64,000 bases of DNA, from NCBI GenBank assembly GCA_038231275.1, contig JBBRLQ010000001.1, forward strand, positions 192,001 through 256,000, given 5' to 3'. A program made the translations under genes and the position numbers. Of this stretch, positions 57,912 through 64,000 are shown piece after piece. A model generated the notes under the pieces. The model worked only from the letters and a program-made list of their open reading frames with translations. It searched no databases and was not told the origin of the DNA. This DNA comes from Polyangiales bacterium. Its GTDB lineage: Bacteria > Myxococcota_A > Polyangia > Polyangiales > Polyangiaceae. Numbering within the stretch: position 1 is the first letter of the stretch; each line of letters starts with the position of its first letter.

Positions 57912-58051
57912 TCTCGCTCCTCGCACTCGAAAAGATCGCACGCTCTTCCGTAGGCGCGCCAGTCCGAGGGGAATTTTATCGTCGAAGAGGATCACATGTC
58001 GCACGGAGGCGGGCACGGCGCCGCGTTGCGGGTAGACTTCCGCCGGCGCAG

Positions 58052-59542
58052 ATGACGGGCAGCGGCGACAGCAGCGAGAAGGACGCGGGCGGCAGCGCGC
58101 CGGAGCCCCTGCGGATCCAGCCGGGCGACGTATTGGCTGGGAAATACCGCGTCGAGAAGCTGCTCGGTGAAGGTGGGATGGGGCAGGTCCTCGAGGCCGT
58201 CCACGTCGAGCTGGACCAGCGCGTGGCGGTCAAGGCGCTCCTGCCACGCATGGCGACCCACGAGGACGCCGTCGCGCGGTTCACCCGGGAGGCCCGGGGG
58301 CTCGCAAAGCTCAACAGTGAGCACGTCGCGCGCGTCTTCGATGTCGGCAAGGCGCCGGGCGGGCAGCCCTTCATGGTGATGGAGCTGCTCGAGGGGAAGG
58401 ACCTCGGCGAGCTGCTCGACACCCGCGGCGCGCTCCCGATCGAGGAGGCCGCCGAGCTCGCCCTCCACGCGTGCGCGGGCCTCGCCGAGGTGCACGCCGG
58501 CGGGATCATCCATCGCGATCTCAAGCCGTCGAACTGCTACGTCGTCACGCGCGGCGACGGGACGCCGTGCTTGAAGCTGCTCGATTTCGGCATCTCGAAA
58601 TTCCGCGGCACCGCCGTGACGCGCACGGCGGCGATCATGGGCTCGCCGGGCTACATGTCGCCCGAGCAGATGGCTTCGACGAAGGACGTCGACGAGCGCG
58701 CGGACATTTGGGGGCTCGGCGCGACGTTCTACGAGATGCTGATCGGACGGCCGGCCTTCGTCGCCGAGAACGCGCCGATGCTGTGCATCAAGATCGCGAA
58801 CGAGGAGCCGGACCCGCCGCGGAGCGTCCGCGCGGATCTTCCCGAGGGGCTCGAAGCGGTGCTCCTCAAGTGCTTGGCGAAGGTGCCGGAGCAGCGGTAC
58901 ACGAACGTCGCGGAGGTCGCGCGCGCCATCGCGCCGTTCGCGCCGGAGCGGGCGCGCTCGTACGTGGAAAAAATCGAGGGGATCCTGCGTGGCGCGCGCG
59001 TCGCGCCGGCGAGCGACCGGCCGCCGGCGCCGGCGTTCTTCGAGCGCGCGACGGTGCGCGCGGGGGACGAGGGCAAGCCGGCGAGGAGCGTCACGCCGTC
59101 CGACGACGTGGCCGAGCGCGAGACCGTCGTCCCCGGAAAAAAGCGCGGCGCCGCAGCGGCGGTGAGCGCTCCGAGCGAACCGCCTCGAACGCGCCAAACG
59201 CGCCCGCGCCGGACGGTGCTCTTCCTCGCCCTGGGGATGCTCCTCGGCGCCCTCCTGGCGATCGGCCTCTTCGCGACGCTCCGCGCCCGCGCGGCAGGAT
59301 CGACGGCGACCCCGACTCCGACCCCGACTCCGACTCCGACCCCGACCCCGACTCCGACCCCGACCCCGACTCCGACTCCGACCTCGGACCTCGACGCCGG
59401 CGCCGATGCTGCGGACGACGACGACGATGACGACGACGACGCGGGAGCCGGCGCGGACTCGGCCGCCGCGAGCAAGCCCCATCCGCCGACGCGGCACCGA
59501 CCTCGGCCGCACCCCACGCCGAAGCGACCTCGCCACAAGTAA
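58052..59542 (+). CDS. membrane Ser/Thr protein kinase
   Basis: GEGGMG, VAVK, HRDLKPSN, DFG, SPEQ; TM helix; (TP)n and poly-Asp tail. Confidence 0.95.
   Translation: MTGSGDSSEKDAGGSAPEPLRIQPGDVLAGKYRVEKLLGEGGMGQVLEAVHVELDQRVAVKALLPRMATHEDAVARFTREARGLAKLNSEHVARVFDVGKAPGGQPFMVMELLEGKDLGELLDTRGALPIEEAAELALHACAGLAEVHAGGIIHRDLKPSNCYVVTRGDGTPCLKLLDFGISKFRGTAVTRTAAIMGSPGYMSPEQMASTKDVDERADIWGLGATFYEMLIGRPAFVAENAPMLCIKIANEEPDPPRSVRADLPEGLEAVLLKCLAKVPEQRYTNVAEVARAIAPFAPERARSYVEKIEGILRGARVAPASDRPPAPAFFERATVRAGDEGKPARSVTPSDDVAERETVVPGKKRGAAAAVSAPSEPPRTRQTRPRRTVLFLALGMLLGALLAIGLFATLRARAAGSTATPTPTPTPTPTPTPTPTPTPTPTPTSDLDAGADAADDDDDDDDDAGAGADSAAASKPHPPTRHRPRPHPTPKRPRHK
59309..59383 (+). repeat. 6-bp coding tandem repeat (Thr-Pro) x12
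   Basis: (ac[c/t]ccg)n. Confidence 0.85.
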
Positions 59543-59574
59543 ACGCGGCGAACTGCTACGCTGTGGGGCAGCGA

Positions 59575-61269
59575 ATGGGCGAGGAGCAGGACGCGAAGAC
59601 GTTGGCGGCGACACCGGCCGCGCTCGACTCGCCGACGCTTACGGGCGTCTCGCCGGTCGCGCCGGGCTCCGGTCCATTGCCGACCGTCGGCCTCTCGATG
59701 GCGGCGTCGATGGTGATGCACTCCGAGCAGGCGGCGCGCGCGCGTGCGTTCTTCACGCTCACGTCGATCATGACGTTCATCGCGGCGGGGTTCATGCCTT
59801 TCGTCCCGGGTCCGCCGCTGCTGCGTGCGCTCGCGATGACGGCGTGCGTGCTCGTGGCGTCGATCGGCCTGGTCGTGGTCCGCACGCTGCGCAACGAGTC
59901 GCGCTACACGCCGAGGCTCGTGCTCATGCTCGGGATCGTATTCGGCGTCGTCGGCGAGCTCGCGCTCTTCTATTTTGGCCTCTTCACAGCGGCCGCGATG
60001 GTGCTGCCGCTCGGCGTCTATTTTTTCGGCCTGTCGGAGAGCCCGCGCGCCGCGATTACGACGTACATCGTCGGGGCGATCTTCTACGCCGCGCTCTCGA
60101 TCGGCGTGGTGACCGGTGTGCTTCCCGACCTAGGGCCGATGCCGATCAGCCACCTGCCGGCAGCATGGCGTTGGTTCTTCGTCGTGATGACGCAGGTGGT
60201 CTTCGCGACGACCTTCTTCCTCGCGCGCTCGAGCCGGCGCGCGACGCAGGCGGCGATCGCGCGTGTCGAGCGGGCAACACGGCAGATCCAACAGCGCGAC
60301 GCACTGCTGGTCGAAGCGCGCGGAGAGCTCGATCGCGCGCAGCGTCCAGGCGAGGGGCGTTACTCAGGACAAACCCTCGCCGGCTACGTGCTCGGCGAGG
60401 TCGTGGGGCGCGGCGGAATGGGCGAGGTCTACCGCGCCGAGAACCCGGAGACCGGCGAGCTCGCCGCCGTGAAGCTGATGCATCCGACGATCCTGAGCGA
60501 CGCCGAGCAAGTAAAGCGCTTCGTTCGGGAGGCAGAGATCGCCGAGAAGGTCGCGTCGCCGTACGTCGCGCGTGTGCTCCGCGCGGGGTTGAGCCCCTCG
60601 GGCCTGCCGTACGTCGCGATGGAGCTGCTCGACGGCCACGATCTCGCGTGGCACCTCCGGAAGTCGACGCGCATGCCCCTCGGCAAAGTGGCCAAGCTCG
60701 TCGAGCATGCGGCCCTGGCGCTCGTCGCGATCCGCGAGGCCGGGATCATCCATCGCGATCTGAAGCCCCACAACCTCCTCTTCCACGAGGCGAGCGACGC
60801 GCGGCGCTGGAAGGTGCTCGATTTCGGCGTGTCGCGGTACGAGGCGGCGGGCAGCACGATGACGCACGGCGCGCTCGTCGGGACGCCGTCGTACATGGCG
60901 CCGGAGCAGGTGCGGCTCGAGTCGGTCGACCATCGCACCGATCTTTACGCGCTGGCGAACGTCGTCTACCGCGCGCTCACGGGGAAGCCGGCGTTCGTGG
61001 GCGACGACGTGGCCGGCGTCCTCTTTCACGTCGTGCATACGCCGCCGCCGCAGCCGAGCGCGATCGTTCGGATGCCGGTCGACGTGGAGCTGGTGCTGGC
61101 CATCGCGATGGCGAAGGCGCCTTCCGATCGTTTCCAGAAGGCCGAGGAGTTCGCGGATGCGTTCCGGCGCGCCGCGAAGAGCGAGCTCGACGTGAAGATG
61201 CGCGAACGCGGCCTGAAGATGGTGGCGAAATACCCGTGGTCGACGCCGGAGGTCCGCGCGACGGGCTGA
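59575..61269 (+). CDS. Ser/Thr protein kinase with N-terminal multi-TM domain
   Basis: 5-6 hydrophobic helices, coiled coil, then GRGGMG, AAVK, HRDLKPHN, DFG, APEQ. Confidence 0.92.
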   Translation: MGEEQDAKTLAATPAALDSPTLTGVSPVAPGSGPLPTVGLSMAASMVMHSEQAARARAFFTLTSIMTFIAAGFMPFVPGPPLLRALAMTACVLVASIGLVVVRTLRNESRYTPRLVLMLGIVFGVVGELALFYFGLFTAAAMVLPLGVYFFGLSESPRAAITTYIVGAIFYAALSIGVVTGVLPDLGPMPISHLPAAWRWFFVVMTQVVFATTFFLARSSRRATQAAIARVERATRQIQQRDALLVEARGELDRAQRPGEGRYSGQTLAGYVLGEVVGRGGMGEVYRAENPETGELAAVKLMHPTILSDAEQVKRFVREAEIAEKVASPYVARVLRAGLSPSGLPYVAMELLDGHDLAWHLRKSTRMPLGKVAKLVEHAALALVAIREAGIIHRDLKPHNLLFHEASDARRWKVLDFGVSRYEAAGSTMTHGALVGTPSYMAPEQVRLESVDHRTDLYALANVVYRALTGKPAFVGDDVAGVLFHVVHTPPPQPSAIVRMPVDVELVLAIAMAKAPSDRFQKAEEFADAFRRAAKSELDVKMRERGLKMVAKYPWSTPEVRATG

Positions 61270-61289
61270 GCGCGGAAGGGACGGAAGAC

Positions 61290-62456
61290 TTATCGCAGCG
61301 CGCCGAGCCAGGTCGCGCCGATGCGCATCGCCGAGCGCGCGAAGTCGCGAGGATCGTGGCGGAGCGCGCCGAAGTGTCGGCCACCGCACCGCAGCGAGGT
61401 CGGATCGAGGAGCAAGCGCTCCATCGACGCGCGGCTCGGGCCGAAGAACGCGTGAACGACGCGCCGGCGGAGGCGCAGATCGACGCCGAGGCGCGAGCGG
61501 TGCACCGTGGAGGTCCAGCGATCGATCTCCTCGCGATGCCGGACCACCTTCGCGACGAACCCGCCGGCGAGCGCGCCGAACTCGATCGCCTGCGCGATCC
61601 CTTCGCCGGTGATGGGATCGATCCCCGCGGCCTCGCCCGTCAGCATCAACGGACCGCGCGAGAGGCGCTCGGTGAAGTCGAGCCCGCGCTCGGCGTAGCG
61701 CTTCTGCTTGTAGCGGGCGATGTCGAGCCCGATCCTTTCGAGGTAGGCGCCAAGGCGCGCTTCGAGATCAACTTCGTCGTCCCCGAGGCGCAGGTGGTAG
61801 ATGCCGCGGCACATCAGCTCGCGACCGCCCACGATCGTCGGGAAGTCCCAGTAGTAGCCGCTGAGGCCGCGATCGGTCGCGTCGAAGTGGAGCGCGCCGC
61901 GCGGGCGCTCGCCTTCGACCATCTCGGTGTCGAGCTCCAGCACCTGCGCGCGCATCGAGCCGGCCGGCAGGCCCATCGTCTTGCGGATCTGGCTGCCGAC
62001 ACCGTCAGCGCCGACGACCACCTTCGCCTCGTACGTGGCGCCGGCCGCCGTCACGGTCGCCCGCGCCCCGCTCACCTCGACGCCGTCCACCTTCGCACCT
62101 TCGACGATGCGCACGCCGCGCGCGCGGGCGATCTCGGCGAGCGCGTGATCGAACTCGATGCGGCGCACCACGCGCCCGATAGGGCCGATCTCGGCCGCGA
62201 CCTCGCCGTCCATCGCGCGGAACGACATGGCGGTGATGGGAACGCTCGGCACGTCGGGCTTCGCGTCATAGCGCTCGAGGATGCGGTCGCCGCGGCCGCC
62301 GATCGCGCCGGCGCACGGCTTTTCGCGCGGGTAGTGCGCCTTCTCAAGGAGGACGACGCGGCCGCGGAGCGAGGGGTCGGACGCGAGCAAGGCGATCGCC
62401 GTGACGGTGCCGGCGGGGCCGCCGCCCACGATGACGACGTCGACGACTTCGCTCAT
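61290..62456 (-). CDS. geranylgeranyl-reductase-family FAD-dependent oxidoreductase
   Basis: IVGGGPAG, REKPCAG, RIEFDHAL, GADG, GEAAGIDPITGEGI. Confidence 0.9.
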   Translation of the reverse strand: MSEVVDVVIVGGGPAGTVTAIALLASDPSLRGRVVLLEKAHYPREKPCAGAIGGRGDRILERYDAKPDVPSVPITAMSFRAMDGEVAAEIGPIGRVVRRIEFDHALAEIARARGVRIVEGAKVDGVEVSGARATVTAAGATYEAKVVVGADGVGSQIRKTMGLPAGSMRAQVLELDTEMVEGERPRGALHFDATDRGLSGYYWDFPTIVGGRELMCRGIYHLRLGDDEVDLEARLGAYLERIGLDIARYKQKRYAERGLDFTERLSRGPLMLTGEAAGIDPITGEGIAQAIEFGALAGGFVAKVVRHREEIDRWTSTVHRSRLGVDLRLRRRVVHAFFGPSRASMERLLLDPTSLRCGGRHFGALRHDPRDFARSAMRIGATWLGALR

Positions 62457-62473
62457 GCGCTGGCGAGTCTAGC

Positions 62474-64000
62474 TCAGTTCGACACGGGACCGACGACGTA
62501 CGGGGCCGTCCAGGCGGCGCGCAGCGGCGGGTGCGCGGCGAAGCGAACGCGGATCGCGGCATCGCCGAGGGGCGGGCCCGGCTCGGTCCACTCGTGCGCG
62601 CCGAGCGACGCGCCGAGCGCGAGGACGAGCCTGCCCGTGCGCGGCTCGCGGACGACGAGGTACATCTCGTCGACGGCGCCGACCGCGTCCTCGACCACGC
62701 GGAGCCCCGACGAGGAGAGATCTTCGTGCACGTCGACCACGAGCGATCGCTCGGCGCCGCGCGAGGGGACGAGGCGGGCCTCCAGCTCCGCGATGCGCAC
62801 CGGCATCTCCGAGATCGCCTGCGCTTGCTCGGCCTCGAGCGGCTCGTCGTTCGCTTCGCGAAGCGCGATCGCGAGGCACGCGCGGAGGAGATCGAGCGCA
62901 AGCGCCGGCGTCGACGCGGGGGTCGGACGTTCAATCGCGCCGACCGCGACGAGCCCGCGCGCCGCCTGCTCGACCAGCGCGACCAAGCGCGCGATCGCGT
63001 CGGGGTGCGGCTCGACGAAGCCCATCGCCGTGCCGACGCGCGCGGCGGCAGGCACGGTGGGCGGCGGCGGGGCGACCAGCTTCGGAGACGGAAGGCGGCT
63101 GAACGGAACGGCGTCGTGACGGAGCGTCGCCCATCCGCCGAGCGCGACCTCCACTTTGTGGCGGCGCCACGCCCACGACGACGCGGCAGGCAACGCGCCG
63201 TCGGCGATGGACGCACCGAGGTACGCCGAGAGCGCGTCGAGGCCGGTCCCGACGAGCGAGCCGTGACGATCCGCGTCGGGCGGGCGACGCTTGAGGAGCG
63301 CGGCCAGCACGGCATCGTACTCCGGCGGCTCGTCGGGCTCGACCTCCTGCACGATCGTGCGCGCCTCGCGCGCGCCGAGCCACGTCGCGACGTCGAGGCC
63401 GCCCGGCAAGACGTGCGCCGCCATCGCCGGCGCGGCGAACGCCTGCATCGCGACCGCATCGGCCGACGCTGCGCCGCCGAGCAATCGCATCTGGGCGCCG
63501 CGCACGCCGTCTACGACGCCTGGACGTCGCGCGGCCATCGCGCCCTTTCGGACCTTGTCGACGCGGCTCACGTTCTGCACCGCCTCGACGGCGCGCACGT
63601 CGATCTTCGCGGTCTTCGCGATCGCGAGGAGCTCCCCAGGAGACAGATCGTCGGAGGGCCCGCGCACGATCGCGAGCGGCCGTGCGAGCGCGTCGTAGGC
63701 CTCCGCCGCGGTGGCGTCGACGTCGGGCAGGAGGAGGCGCGCGATCAAGAGCGCGGCGCGCGTGCGGGTCCGCGCCTCGTACACGTCTCCGATGCCGCCC
63801 TCTCCGTCCGTGCGCGACGCGAGCGCGAGCGGCGCCACGCCGAGCCACGCGGCCGCACGGTAGGCGCCGAGCTGCGGATCGCCCGGGGCCAGAGCTCCAC
63901 GCGGAGCGAGGAGCCCGAATGGGATCGTCACGCCGAGCGACGCGCTGTTCCCTGACACGGGCGCGCTGGACGTCACCGCGCGCACGTCGGCCGCCGTCGC
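62474..64000 (-). CDS. DUF3160-like protein (5' end probably outside window)
   Basis: KVEVALGGWATLRHD, GFVEPHP, VVDVH resemble DUF3160 motifs. Confidence 0.7.
   Translation of the reverse strand, partial: ATAADVRAVTSSAPVSGNSASLGVTIPFGLLAPRGALAPGDPQLGAYRAAAWLGVAPLALASRTDGEGGIGDVYEARTRTRAALLIARLLLPDVDATAAEAYDALARPLAIVRGPSDDLSPGELLAIAKTAKIDVRAVEAVQNVSRVDKVRKGAMAARRPGVVDGVRGAQMRLLGGAASADAVAMQAFAAPAMAAHVLPGGLDVATWLGAREARTIVQEVEPDEPPEYDAVLAALLKRRPPDADRHGSLVGTGLDALSAYLGASIADGALPAASSWAWRRHKVEVALGGWATLRHDAVPFSRLPSPKLVAPPPPTVPAAARVGTAMGFVEPHPDAIARLVALVEQAARGLVAVGAIERPTPASTPALALDLLRACLAIALREANDEPLEAEQAQAISEMPVRIAELEARLVPSRGAERSLVVDVHEDLSSSGLRVVEDAVGAVDEMYLVVREPRTGRLVLALGASLGAHEWTEPGPPLGDAAIRVRFAAHPPLRAAWTAPYVVGPVSN

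Noticed and set aside
57985-58006. CRP-like site (TGTGA half-site on - strand)
   Set aside because: The second half-site is poor; insufficient support
59406-63119. 1237-aa + strand ORF
   Set aside because: Arg/Ala-rich shadow frame overlapping a real kinase and antisense to two real genes; no motifs; typical high-GC artefact

Overview
Gene-dense, very GC-rich (roughly 70% by eye) bacterial chromosome segment. The gene content points to a myxobacterium of the Polyangiaceae/Labilithrix type (inference): Ser/Thr kinases, a PEGA protein, Cys-rich lipoproteins, DUF1566 proteins and an RpoH-like sigma factor. About 55 CDSs are supported. Housekeeping genes include tdk, purB, proC, rseP, coaX, an acyl-CoA synthetase and a TIGR03960-type radical SAM protein. 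Envelope genes include an Omp85 fusion, a PBP transpeptidase, a GT2 plus three GT-C-like glycosylation genes, a TonB-dependent receptor and an S41 protease. I found no rRNA, tRNA, CRISPR array, integrase or transposase. The most notable observations are: (1) a lipoprotein gene with four tandem cystine-knot (conotoxin-framework) modules, bracketed by an exact 27-bp direct repeat between purB and an RRM gene; (2) a DUF218-lipobox-HEAT-cyclophilin fusion; (3) a kinase/PEGA pair that may form a trans-envelope signalling module; (4) a lipid-linked glycosylation cluster whose GT2 has a long Pro/Thr tail; (5) TANNNT boxes 6-11 nt before many start codons. All family assignments come from recognising motifs by eye, not from database searches, and start codons are best estimates.
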